Counted from the first letter of the stretch, positions 47,000-56,641 are shown. The stretch is 64,000 bases of DNA from an uncultured Gemmatimonadales bacterium (GCA_963707505.1 CAVPQB010000003.1:160001-224000), one strand, 5' to 3'. Made by a program: numbers and translations. The notes: a model not told the origin generated them from the letters alone.

Positions 47000-49249
47000 A
47001 TGTCTGCAACCACAGCCACAATAACCGCGGAAGCCGATTACCGCCCGTCCTATGGGGCGGCCGCGATCGCGGCAACGCTAGTCTTCCTACTGTACCTCGT
47101 CACCCTGTCGCCATCCACGGCGATGTGGGACACGAGCGAGTACATCGCCGCAGCCTTTACCTTCGGCCTTCCGCACCCCCCTGGCAATCCGTTCTTCGTG
47201 ATTCTCGGGCGGTTCTTCTCGATCCTGCCCATCGCGCCGAACGTGGCGATGCGAATCAACATCCTGGCTGCGCTGTGCAGCGCGGTGTCCGCAGGAATGT
47301 GGTTTCTGATTGCCGAGCGTGTGCTTGCTGGCTGGCTGCCGCGTAAGTGGCAACGGCTCGCGGGTGGCGCGCTCGCGGCACTCATCGGCTCGACAGCATT
47401 TACCGTGTGGGCGCAGTCGGTCGTCAACGAAAAAGTATATACCGTGTCGCTCGTCGGCATGGCGATTGTCGCATGGCTCACGGTGCGTTGGTGCGATGAT
47501 CCCGACGGACCCAAGGCGGATCGTTTGCTGGTACTCGTCGCGTACTTGAGCGGACTCGGCTACGCCAACCACATGGCCGGCTTTCTTGCGTTGCCTGCGG
47601 TGTTTGTCGCGGTGCTGGTGATCCGTCCGCGCACCTTCCTGCGCTGGAAGCTGGTGCTGGCCGGACTGCTCGCAATAGCGCTTGGAATGACACCGTTCCT
47701 CACGCAGCCGATCCGGTCCGCGTACTTCCCGCGAATCAACGAAGGCGAAACTACGGGCTGCGTAACGAAGATTGCCGCCGATTGTACGTTCAGCAAGCTG
47801 ACGTATGACCGGTTCATGTACAACTTCAACCGCACTCAGTACGGCAAGCCTGCGCTGACCGACCGACAGGTGCCGTTCACGGCGCAGATCGGAATGTGGT
47901 GGACGTACTTCCGGTGGCAGTGGCTGCGCGACGCGAACGGCACGCATGCGGCCGCGCAGGAAGTGCTCGCGTGGGTCTTTCTGGTACTCGGATTACTAGG
48001 CGGCTGGGTGCACTGGCAACGAGACCGACGAAGTTTCTGGTTCTTCGGCCCACTGATGTTCACGGTCACGCTGGTGCTGATCTACTACATGAACTTCAAG
48101 TACGGCTATTCGCAAGCACCCGAGCTTGGCGATGCCGTACCGCGAGAAGTGCGTGACCGAGATTATTTCTACCTGTGGAGCTTCAGCGCGTGGAGCGTGT
48201 GGGTGGCGCTCGGACTGTTCAACGTCTGGGAGCGACTCGCGCAGATGTTCGGATCGGATCCCGTTCGCATGGGCACCGAGACCGTGGAAGTCCCGCGTCA
48301 GTCGAGCTGGATGGCGGCCTCGCCGCTGCTCCTGCTCGCAGTGATTCCGCTGTGGGGCAACTGGAGCTCCGCATCGCGGCACGGGCAGACCGATACGCGC
48401 GACTTCGCGCACGATCTGCTCGAGTCCGTCGAGCCTTATGGCGTGCTGATCACCGTCGGCGACAACGACACCTTCCCGCTCTGGTACGCCCAGGAAGTGG
48501 AGCACGTAAGGCCCGACGTCACGGTACTGTGCACGTCGCTGCTCAACACCGACTGGTACACCCGTCAGCTGATTCGCAATCCGATTCGTCCGTACGACGT
48601 CAAAAACGGCCCACCCGCGTACGCCGATCGTACGTGGATGCGTCCGACGAAACCGATAATCGATCTCAGCTACATGCAATCGGACTCGGTCCCACCGGCG
48701 GTCGCACTCGACGCGCCGCAGGATCTCAACACCAAGAGTGGTTTTCACTTTTCCGTGCATCCCCGCGACCTTGGCGGTGGTTTTCATGGCCTCGAGCGCG
48801 CCGATCTGTTCGTGCTGTACATCATCCGCGATGCGTTTCCGTCGACGCCGGTGTACTTCAGCCGGACCGATGGCAGCTACCCGGACGAGATGGGCTTCGG
48901 CAACAATCTCCTGACGACCGGTCTGGCGCGGAAGCTGGTGGCGACTCCGCCGACTGCGTCCTCGACGATCGTGCATCTGCCAGGCGACGGGTGGTTCGAC
49001 ATCGCTACCACGTACTCACTCTGGACCAGGAGCTTCGACGCGCCCAAGTCACTCGCGGCCCGTCACGGCTGGGTGGACCGGCCGTCGGTCGGGATTCCGT
49101 ACGTGTACGTTCGTACGGGTGCGGTGCTCTCCGAAGCGTTGCTCCAGGTCGGTCGCCAGGCTGATGCGCAGAAGGTCATGGCGACGACGCAGCGCATCGC
49201 CAGCGGTACCGGCCTCGCGGACCTTTTGACGGCACAGCAACAGCAATAG
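47000..49249 (+). CDS. DUF2723 (TMEM260-like, GT-C) polytopic membrane protein
   Basis: WDTSEYI, PHPPGNP, EKVY, EVRDRDYF, GDNDTFPLWYAQEVE, LLNTDWY. Confidence 0.9.
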   Translation: MSATTATITAEADYRPSYGAAAIAATLVFLLYLVTLSPSTAMWDTSEYIAAAFTFGLPHPPGNPFFVILGRFFSILPIAPNVAMRINILAALCSAVSAGMWFLIAERVLAGWLPRKWQRLAGGALAALIGSTAFTVWAQSVVNEKVYTVSLVGMAIVAWLTVRWCDDPDGPKADRLLVLVAYLSGLGYANHMAGFLALPAVFVAVLVIRPRTFLRWKLVLAGLLAIALGMTPFLTQPIRSAYFPRINEGETTGCVTKIAADCTFSKLTYDRFMYNFNRTQYGKPALTDRQVPFTAQIGMWWTYFRWQWLRDANGTHAAAQEVLAWVFLVLGLLGGWVHWQRDRRSFWFFGPLMFTVTLVLIYYMNFKYGYSQAPELGDAVPREVRDRDYFYLWSFSAWSVWVALGLFNVWERLAQMFGSDPVRMGTETVEVPRQSSWMAASPLLLLAVIPLWGNWSSASRHGQTDTRDFAHDLLESVEPYGVLITVGDNDTFPLWYAQEVEHVRPDVTVLCTSLLNTDWYTRQLIRNPIRPYDVKNGPPAYADRTWMRPTKPIIDLSYMQSDSVPPAVALDAPQDLNTKSGFHFSVHPRDLGGGFHGLERADLFVLYIIRDAFPSTPVYFSRTDGSYPDEMGFGNNLLTTGLARKLVATPPTASSTIVHLPGDGWFDIATTYSLWTRSFDAPKSLAARHGWVDRPSVGIPYVYVRTGAVLSEALLQVGRQADAQKVMATTQRIASGTGLADLLTAQQQQ

Positions 49250-49293
49250 TTTTCGTGGTACGGCGCGGATACATCATCCGCGCCGGTTGTAGT

Positions 49294-49378
49294 GGAGGCG
49301 TGCCAGAGCGGTTTAATGGGTCAGTCTTGAAAACTGAAGAACCGAAAGGTTCCGTGGGTTCGAATCCCACCGCCTCCT
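49294..49378 (+). tRNA. tRNA-Ser (TGA)
   Basis: GGAGGCG/CGCCTCC acceptor, TCAGT-CTTGAAA-ACTGA, long variable arm, GGTTCGAATCC; no CCA. Confidence 0.95.
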
Positions 49379-49383
49379 TCCAT

Positions 49384-49429
49384 TGTCATTCCCGGCATTT
49401 CCGCGATGACGATAGCATGCGGAATGACG
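49384..49429. repeat. Degenerate REP-derived inverted pair
   Basis: TGTCATTCC...GGAATGACG ends match REP termini. Confidence 0.45.
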
Positions 49430-49456
49430 ACTTGCCGAAGCCTGGACTCCGACGTT

Positions 49457-50458
49457 CTAAACGTCCCCCAGGTGCGCCCGCGGAACGAGATAGTTCTTCA
49501 CATAATCCCCCACCGCATCCGCAAGTGCAGTAATCGGCGCCGTGTACCCACTTTCCCGTACGCGCCCGATGTCAGCCTGCGTGAAGTACTGGTATCTCGC
49601 GCGTAGATCTTCCGGCATGTCAATGAACTTGATATTCGCCGGCTTTGCAAGCGCCGCAAATACAGCATTCGCGAGATCGATCCACGTGTTCGCATCTCCG
49701 CTACCAACATTGAACAACCCATTCGCACCATCAGTCGCCGCGAGATGCAGTGTCATGTCGACCGCGTCCTTCACATACAGAAAGTCGCGCTTCTGCTCGC
49801 CGTCCGCGTACTCCGGACGATAGCTCTTGAACAATCTTATCTCGCCCGTCTCCGCGATCTGATCGTACGCCTTGTTCACCAGGCTGCGCATCTCGCCTTT
49901 GTGATCTTCGTTCGGTCCGAAGATGTTGAAGAACTTGACGCCGGCGATCTTGCCGAGTATTCCGCGTTGCGCCGCGTACAGATCGAACATTTGCTTGGAG
50001 TATCCGTACATGTTGAGCGGACGCAACGTGTGCAGGTACGGCAGCGACGCATCGTCGCGCATCCCGGCCGTACCGTCGCCGTAGGTCGCGGCGGACGACG
50101 CGTACACGAACCGGCCGTTGGACGACAACGTCCACGCTGCGAGGTCTTTCGTGAACTGATAGTTGTTGCGCACGAGATACGCAGCGTCGAGCTCGGTCGT
50201 GGACGAGCACGCGCCCATGTGCAGCACTACGTCGAAGCGTCCGAGTGAGCCTGCGCCGAGTCGCGGCAGCAGATCGTCGGCTTCGAGATAATCCTCGAAC
50301 GCGAGCGGTGCGAGGTTGCGCCACTTCTCGCTCGTCTCGAGAAAGTCAGCGATGACGATCCGCTCGCAACCGCGCCTGTTCAGCTCCCACACCAGCGCAC
50401 TTCCGATGAAGCCGGCGCCGCCGGTGACCAGCACGCGCGCCCTTGAAAAGTCGATCAT
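49457..50458 (-). CDS. hldD: ADP-L-glycero-D-manno-heptose 6-epimerase
   Basis: TGGAGFIGS, HMGACSSTT, ASSAATYG, YGYSK, EDHKG, RDFLYVKD, YQYFTQAD. Confidence 0.95.
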   Translation of the reverse strand: MIDFSRARVLVTGGAGFIGSALVWELNRRGCERIVIADFLETSEKWRNLAPLAFEDYLEADDLLPRLGAGSLGRFDVVLHMGACSSTTELDAAYLVRNNYQFTKDLAAWTLSSNGRFVYASSAATYGDGTAGMRDDASLPYLHTLRPLNMYGYSKQMFDLYAAQRGILGKIAGVKFFNIFGPNEDHKGEMRSLVNKAYDQIAETGEIRLFKSYRPEYADGEQKRDFLYVKDAVDMTLHLAATDGANGLFNVGSGDANTWIDLANAVFAALAKPANIKFIDMPEDLRARYQYFTQADIGRVRESGYTAPITALADAVGDYVKNYLVPRAHLGDV

Positions 50459-50467
50459 CCGCGGAAT

Positions 50468-51340
50468 TTACAGCGCTGCGACGCTGGCGTTACCGGGGAC
50501 GCGACGCCAGATCGGCTTCACGACGCGTCCGGATCGGACTGCGTAAACCAGGAGCCAAATTGATACGAGCGAAACGAGTACGGCCGGCAGCGAAGCCTCC
50601 GGTCCAAATCCTCCACCCGTTGCCCATGTGGGGCCGGACAGCGTGGATGTGAACAACCCGTGTGGAACGGTGCCGGAAACAGGCGCACCGAAAATGCCGG
50701 ACTGCGTGAAATTCCACGCAGCGTGGAGCCCGATCGGCAACCACAGTCTCCGCGTGATCATGAACGCAGCGCCGAGTAGCAAGCCCGCCTCCAATGCAAT
50801 CGCGAGCGCCGATGTGAGCGTTGCGTGGGGATTTGCGAGATGGCCCGCGCCGAACAGCGCCGACGAGAATGCGAGCGCACCCCAACTTCCGATCCACTCC
50901 TCCGTGATGCGGAAGATGACGCCGCGGAACAGTATCTCTTCCAGCACTCCAGCCCCGAGCGCGAAGACGAACGGCGACAGCATCATCGTCCAGTTGTTCA
51001 CTCCGATTATGGTGTAATCACCGAGAGCCCAGATGATTCCGATCGTAACCGTGAACAGAACTGCACCGAGAAGGAACCCCGTCGCGAATCCTCCGAGTGC
51101 TGCGCCAGGCGCGAGCTCATAAATCTCTCGGCGCTCCACGACCCGTACATAGATCACGTACGCAACCGCAACGACGGTCGCGCCGATTACTTCGAAGAGC
51201 AAGGGTGGCTTTATCTTCAGTGCGATCAGCGCGAACAAGCATCCGCCGATCCACACAATTGCGATTGCAAGCCGCGTCGCTGGATATGCGAGCACCCTGC
51301 GCCAGCGACTGTCCTGCCCCTGCTCAATCGACTCCGCCAT
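50468..51340 (-). CDS. CPBP (Abi/CAAX type II) intramembrane protease
   Basis: EEILFRG, FGAGH, HAAWN, GGGFGPEAS. Confidence 0.92.
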   Translation of the reverse strand: MAESIEQGQDSRWRRVLAYPATRLAIAIVWIGGCLFALIALKIKPPLLFEVIGATVVAVAYVIYVRVVERREIYELAPGAALGGFATGFLLGAVLFTVTIGIIWALGDYTIIGVNNWTMMLSPFVFALGAGVLEEILFRGVIFRITEEWIGSWGALAFSSALFGAGHLANPHATLTSALAIALEAGLLLGAAFMITRRLWLPIGLHAAWNFTQSGIFGAPVSGTVPHGLFTSTLSGPTWATGGGFGPEASLPAVLVSLVSIWLLVYAVRSGRVVKPIWRRVPGNASVAAL

Positions 51341-51413
51341 CCCCACGCTCCGTTTGTCGTTTTCCGGTCGGCTTGTACACGCCGCCGTCGAGCACTAACT
51401 TACACCGGCTCCA

Positions 51414-51503
51414 GGAGGGGTGGCCGAGAGGCTGAAGGCACCGGTTTGCTAAACCGGCATAGGGGGTCAACCTCTATCGAGGGTTCGAATCCCTCCCTCT
51501 CCG
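51414..51503 (+). tRNA. tRNA-Ser (GCT)
   Basis: GGAGGGG/CCTCTCC acceptor, CCGGT-TTGCTAA-ACCGG, long variable arm, G73; no CCA. Confidence 0.95.
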
Positions 51504-51572
51504 TGTATTTCACGCTAAGACGGGCTCGGTCCTTCATGACGGGCCCGTTCGCGTATCCATCATCTTTGTGAT

Positions 51573-53039
51573 ATGAGTTCTTACCCGCCAGCACGCGTTC
51601 GCTTCGCACCATCACCCACAGGATACCTGCACGTGGGCGGCGCGCGCACCGCCCTCTTCAACTGGCTGTATGTGCGCCGGTTCGGCGGTCAGTTCCTGCT
51701 CCGCGTGGAAGACACCGACAAGGTGCGCAGCACCGACGAGAGCACGCGTGCGATTTTCGATGGACTCGAATGGCTTGGTCTCAACTGGGACGAGCCCGTT
51801 GTATATCAGGGCGGTAACCTCGAGCGGCATCGCGCGGATGTCAAGCAACTGCTCGACGCCGGCCTCGCATATCGCGACTTCACACCGCAGAGTGTGCTCG
51901 ACGAGCGGCGAGCGGCCGCGCAGGCGCGCGGCGAGATCTACAAGTACAAGCGCGAGTGGGCGGAAATTCCGCTGCACGAAGAGGAACAGCGACTCGAGCG
52001 CGGAGATCCGTACGTCGTGCGCTTCCGCGTTCCGGACGAACACGGCGTTACTGAATGGGATGATCTGGTTCACGAGCGCATCGCGTTCCCCAACAAGGAC
52101 GTCGACGACTTCGTGATACTGCGCTCCGACCGCACACCGATCTACAACTTCGCAGTCGTGTCGGATGACATTGCGATGGGCGTCACACTCGTCATGCGCG
52201 GGGACGATCACATCTCCAACACGCCCAAGCAGATCATGCTGTACCGCGCGCTCGGCAAGGATCTTCCACGCTTCGCGCACCTGCCGATGATCCATGGGCT
52301 TGACGGAAAGAAGTTGAGCAAGCGTCACGGCGCGACTGCCGTCGGCGACTACCAGCACGAAGGCCTTCTGCCGCAGGCGATGCTCAACTTCCTCGCGTTG
52401 CTGGGCTGGTCGCCCGGCGGCGACCGCGAGGTGATGGCACTCACCGAGATGGTAGAGCTGTTCTCACCGGAAGGCCTGCAGCGCAAGGCGGCCATCTTCG
52501 ATCCAAAAAAGCTCGAGTGGATGAACGGACAGCACATGTCGATGATGCCGCTCGCGGACCTGGAGCCTGTGGTAACGCGCGCAATAGTCGCAGCCGGCCT
52601 TGCGACGGGCGAGGAGCTCGCCGTACGCCACGACTGGTATCTCCAGCTCGTCGATCTGCTGCGCGTGCGTGCGCGCGTCGTGGACGACATAGTCCGCCAG
52701 GCGGCGCCCTACTTCGTGGATGACATTACGTATGATCCCGAAGCGGTCGCCAAGCAGTGGAAGGACAGGCCTGCCGCGCTGGCAATCCTCACCTCCACGC
52801 GTGAAGCACTGGCCGCCGTCCATTCATGGGATGCGGCTACCCTTGAAGCCGAGCTCAGGGGACTTGCGGAACGGCACGGAATTGGCGGCGGAAAGTTGTT
52901 TCAGCCGCTCAGAGTCGCACTGACAGGCCTTACCGTTAGCCCCGGCATCTTCGACGTACTGGTGATGCAGGGGCGCGACCGCGCGATCGCTCGCCTCGAA
53001 CGGGCGATCGATTACCTTAATAATCCAAACAATGGTTGA
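51573..53039 (+). CDS. gltX: Glutamate--tRNA ligase
   Basis: RFAPSPTG, HVGG, RVEDTD, RGDDH, KLSKR, anticodon domain PLRVALTG. Confidence 0.97.
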   Translation: MSSYPPARVRFAPSPTGYLHVGGARTALFNWLYVRRFGGQFLLRVEDTDKVRSTDESTRAIFDGLEWLGLNWDEPVVYQGGNLERHRADVKQLLDAGLAYRDFTPQSVLDERRAAAQARGEIYKYKREWAEIPLHEEEQRLERGDPYVVRFRVPDEHGVTEWDDLVHERIAFPNKDVDDFVILRSDRTPIYNFAVVSDDIAMGVTLVMRGDDHISNTPKQIMLYRALGKDLPRFAHLPMIHGLDGKKLSKRHGATAVGDYQHEGLLPQAMLNFLALLGWSPGGDREVMALTEMVELFSPEGLQRKAAIFDPKKLEWMNGQHMSMMPLADLEPVVTRAIVAAGLATGEELAVRHDWYLQLVDLLRVRARVVDDIVRQAAPYFVDDITYDPEAVAKQWKDRPAALAILTSTREALAAVHSWDAATLEAELRGLAERHGIGGGKLFQPLRVALTGLTVSPGIFDVLVMQGRDRAIARLERAIDYLNNPNNG

Positions 53040-53105
53040 CCGGTCGAGAACAGTGCCGCATTTTTGTGTGCTACAGCGTACAACCCGAACCCTCACGGAG
53101 TGCTT

Positions 53106-53768
53106 ATGTCTGAGCAATTGACACGTCTCGAAAGCTCAGTCTATCAGTACCTGCTCGATTTCACGGCTGAACATACGTATCAGCCAAGCATTCGCGACAT
53201 CGGCAAGAAGTTTGAGATCAAGTCGACCAAGACAGTCTCGGATCTCTTGCAATCGCTTGCGCGCAAGGGATACATCGAGCGCGATCCGTCACGCTCGCGC
53301 GGAGTGCGACTGCTCGGCTTCAGCGGTGCCGCGCAATCAACTCCGGTTCCGTATTACGGACGTATTCACGCGGGCGAGCCCGCGCTGCTTCCGGAACATC
53401 GCGAAGGATTCATCACGATGGACCGGCGGTTCCTGCCATCCGATCGCGTATTCTTCCTGAAGGTGAAGGGAGAGAGTATGATCGGCCGTGCGATCGAGAG
53501 CGGCGACTTCGTGATGGTTGACCCTGCAGTTTCGGCCAAGGATGGCGATATGGTCGCCGCGCGTCTTGGCGACGAAGCCACGATCAAGACGCTCGCGCAC
53601 GATGGGCAGACCGTGGTGTTGAAGGCGGCGAACCCGGCAGACCGCGACATTGTCGTGAATCCGCGCGACAGTTTCGGCGTGTTGGGAGTTGTATGCGGTG
53701 TGTTCAGGCCATTCACGGTACTCGAGACTGAGAGCGCGCAGACGGCGTCGTCGGGTATGGTTTCGTAA
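53106..53768 (+). CDS. lexA: SOS repressor LexA
   Basis: wHTH PSIRDIG...LARKGYIER, AG cleavage site (IHAGEP), catalytic GESM and TIK. Confidence 0.95.
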   Translation: MSEQLTRLESSVYQYLLDFTAEHTYQPSIRDIGKKFEIKSTKTVSDLLQSLARKGYIERDPSRSRGVRLLGFSGAAQSTPVPYYGRIHAGEPALLPEHREGFITMDRRFLPSDRVFFLKVKGESMIGRAIESGDFVMVDPAVSAKDGDMVAARLGDEATIKTLAHDGQTVVLKAANPADRDIVVNPRDSFGVLGVVCGVFRPFTVLETESAQTASSGMVS

Positions 53769-53777
53769 CGTAGGCTT

Positions 53778-53972
53778 CGCCATCCCCGCGAACGCGGGCT
53801 CAAGGCTTCGTCATCACTGCGACAGCGGGTTCAAGTCTCGTCATCCCCGCGAAAGCGGGTTCAAGGCTCGTCATCCCCGCGAAAGCGGGGATCCATCTGC
53901 TGCCGACCAGCTTCCTGATACCGTCGCACTCGAAGATCGATAACATGGGTTCCCGCTTTCGCGGGAATGACA
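53778..53972. repeat. REP cluster: four tandem units plus one inverted unit
   Basis: Units start at 53778, 53809, 53839, 53869 (CGTCATCCCCGCGAAAGCGGG-like); inverted TGGGTTCCCGCTTTCGCGGGAATGACA at 53946-53972. Confidence 0.92.
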
Positions 53973-53981
53973 GACGTACAA

Positions 53982-54821
53982 CTACTCCGGCTGCGACATC
54001 GCGTCCTGCGCAGCCTTTTTCTTGATCTCCTCGGCTTCCTTCCGCTCGCGCTCCTTACGCTCGCGGATGCTTCGTACAGCCTTCTCGAAGTCCGCGTCGT
54101 TGATTCCGCGCTGAGCCTGCTCGAAGATCTCGTCGTGGTTGGCGGTGAGTGTCCTGTTCCGCTGATACGTTGTCGGATTGCCGGTAACGTTGAGCGGCAG
54201 CATCGCGAGGACGGCTGTTGGAATCGAGAACGGACCGAGGTGGATGTACTTGCTGTCGATTCCGTACTTCTTCCCGCCCTTCTCGAACGTCCAGTCGCCC
54301 GGTTTCCTGCCGCCATTTGCGACGCGAACAGAATCGTTGAACGCGCCGATGTCGTTCGCGATCACGCTGTCGAGCCGCTGAACGTCGGTCTTGGGCGCAC
54401 TCGCGATCTCGCCAGGCGCGACCCAGACGCGTGGATCCTCGTAACGCGGCTGAACACCGCGCAACTGTCCACCGCCACCAATGAGCGGACCGCTGGATGG
54501 GCCGATGGAATTGACCGGTGGTCCCTTGGGCGGCGGTGTGACAGTCGTCGGGACTTGCGTCGGCGCGGTCGGCATCTGCACCGCGCTCGGTTTTTTCGCC
54601 AGTCCGTCGCCGCCACTCCTGCCCGGGTTCGGCGGCAGATGATTCTTGGGCTGAGGTAACGCCAGAAACCCTACTCGCTCGACCACCGGCGCTGGCGCCG
54701 GGTGGCCGAACGAGAGGAAGTCCGGATGCCGTGACAGGATTGCCTGAATGAACAGAACCGCGACCACCACGTGAATGGCGATCGAGGTGATCCATGCACC
54801 CGACGGACGGCGGAATTGCAT
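53982..54821 (-). CDS. Membrane-anchored Pro-rich hypothetical protein (TonB/TolA-like N-terminus)
   Basis: TM SIAIHVVVAVLFI, Pro/Gly-rich linker, charged helical C-terminus. Confidence 0.8.
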   Translation of the reverse strand: MQFRRPSGAWITSIAIHVVVAVLFIQAILSRHPDFLSFGHPAPAPVVERVGFLALPQPKNHLPPNPGRSGGDGLAKKPSAVQMPTAPTQVPTTVTPPPKGPPVNSIGPSSGPLIGGGGQLRGVQPRYEDPRVWVAPGEIASAPKTDVQRLDSVIANDIGAFNDSVRVANGGRKPGDWTFEKGGKKYGIDSKYIHLGPFSIPTAVLAMLPLNVTGNPTTYQRNRTLTANHDEIFEQAQRGINDADFEKAVRSIRERKERERKEAEEIKKKAAQDAMSQPE

Positions 54822-54833
54822 ATCTACGCGAGC

Positions 54834-56011
54834 CTAGTCGTTGAACGAGGCCAGGACACGTCCGGCGCGTTTCGCAGCTTCGCGAATGCGCTCGGGCGAC
54901 GTGATGAACGAGATACGGAAGAAACCCTCGCCGCCGGCGCCGAATGCGGCACCAGCCATCACGATCACACCTTCCTGCTCCATCAACTTGTCAGCGAACA
55001 CCTTGCTCGGAATGTGGGGCGGCAAGGGAATCCAGAGGTACATCGCAGCCTTCGGAACGTCACACTTGAAGCCGTTCTCACGGAATGCGGCAACAGCTGC
55101 GTCCCGACGCTCCTTGAAGATCGCCACGTTCTTTGGAACGAACTCGTCGTGTACGTCCAGCGCAGCAGCTGCGGCGGCCTGAATCGCTAGATACGAGCCG
55201 GTATCGATGAACGACTTTACCGTTACCAGAGCGTGCACCAGCTCTTCGCGTCCGCATGCCCAGCCGCAACGCCAGCCGGTCATGTTGTACGTCTTGGACA
55301 TTGAATGGAATTCGAGTGCGACATCACGAGCTCCCTCCACCTCGAAGATGCTCGGGGGTACATAGCCGTCGTATGCCATTTCGGAGTACGCGTTGTCGTA
55401 CACGAGCACGATGTCGTGCTCCTTGCACTGTCTCACGACGCGCTCGAGGTATTCCATCGGAGCGATCGCAGCGGTCGGATTCCCTGGATAGTTCAGATAA
55501 AGAATCTTCGTCCGCGCGAGCACGTCGCTCGGCACTTCATCCAGATCGACGAGGAAGTTGTTGTCCGCACGCAGCTCGTAGCGGTAGGGCGTTCCATTGG
55601 ACAGAATCGTTCCGCCCATGTACGCGTTGTAGCCTGGCTCCGGCATGATCGCGATAGTCACCCTTGTCGAGATAGGCGAGCGCCAGATGCGCGAGACCTT
55701 CCTTGGATCCGATGAGCGGAACGACTTCCTTGAGCGGATCGAAGCGTGACGCCGAACCGTTTTTTCATGAAGCGGACTATCGCTTCACGGTATTCCATCA
55801 GGCCCATCTCGAATCCGTAACGGCCCATCGCCGGCTCACGGATTGCGCGAGTCATTCGTTCCAGTGCGGCTTCGGGCGGTGGCAGGACGGCGTCGCCGGC
55901 ACCCAGATCTATGAGGTCTACGCCGCGCGCGATCAACGCACGCTTCCTGTGCGGAATATCGGCCAGCGGGTACGGCGGAAGTTTTGTGATGCGTTCGTTG
56001 TAGGGAGGCAC
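54834..56011 (-). CDS. Class I/II PLP aminotransferase (LL-DAP aminotransferase/MtnE-like); two +1 frameshifts near 55744 and 55656
   Basis: DLGAGD, GSKEG (middle frame), NYPGNPT, DNAY, SMSKTYNMTGWR. Confidence 0.9.
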
Positions 56012-56641
56012 TCAGACGGTGTTGGTGACAGGGTTGCGCACTTTACTGAATCCAGGAATCTCTATTTCCACCACGTCGCCGGCGGTGAGCTTTCCGACAC
56101 CCGCAGGGGTGCCGGTTGCAACCACGTCGCCCGGCTCCAGTGTCATGATCCCCGATATGTAGGATAGTAAATCCGGAATCGAGAAGACCATGTCCGAAGC
56201 AGCACCGCGTTGCCGTTCTACCCCGTTCACCCGGGTTAGTACCATCAGGGTTTTCAGGTCTTTCGGGGCGGCCGACTCCGGGCCGATCGCGCAGAAAGTG
56301 TCGAAGCCCTTGGCGCGGGTCCACTGGCCGTCGCTTTTTTGCAGGTCGCGCGCGGTGACGTCGTTGAGGGCGCAAATGCCCCGGATCGCCTTCGCCGCGT
56401 CCGCAGCGTCTGCGTGAGAGAGCCTCGAGCCGATCACCACACCGATCTCACCCTCGAATTCCACCTGATTCGACTGCGGGGGCAGGACAATCGACTCACC
56501 CTCGCGGATCACGCTCGAGGGCGGCTTGAGAAAAAGGAGGGGCTCTTTCGGGACCGCGTTGCCGAGCTCCTTCGCGTGTTCGGAGTAATTTCGGCCCACG
56601 CATACGATCTTGCCGGGGCGGCCAGTGGCAGGTTGTGTCAT
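56012..56641 (-). CDS. Fumarylacetoacetate hydrolase family protein (FAHD/YcgM-like)
   Basis: CVGRNYSEH, FLKP, FEGEIG, NDVTARD, AKGFDTF, TGTPAGVG. Confidence 0.94.
   Translation of the reverse strand: MTQPATGRPGKIVCVGRNYSEHAKELGNAVPKEPLLFLKPPSSVIREGESIVLPPQSNQVEFEGEIGVVIGSRLSHADAADAAKAIRGICALNDVTARDLQKSDGQWTRAKGFDTFCAIGPESAAPKDLKTLMVLTRVNGVERQRGAASDMVFSIPDLLSYISGIMTLEPGDVVATGTPAGVGKLTAGDVVEIEIPGFSKVRNPVTNTV

Noticed and set aside
53778..53972. CRISPR array
   Set aside because: No unique spacers, degenerate units, one inverted copy
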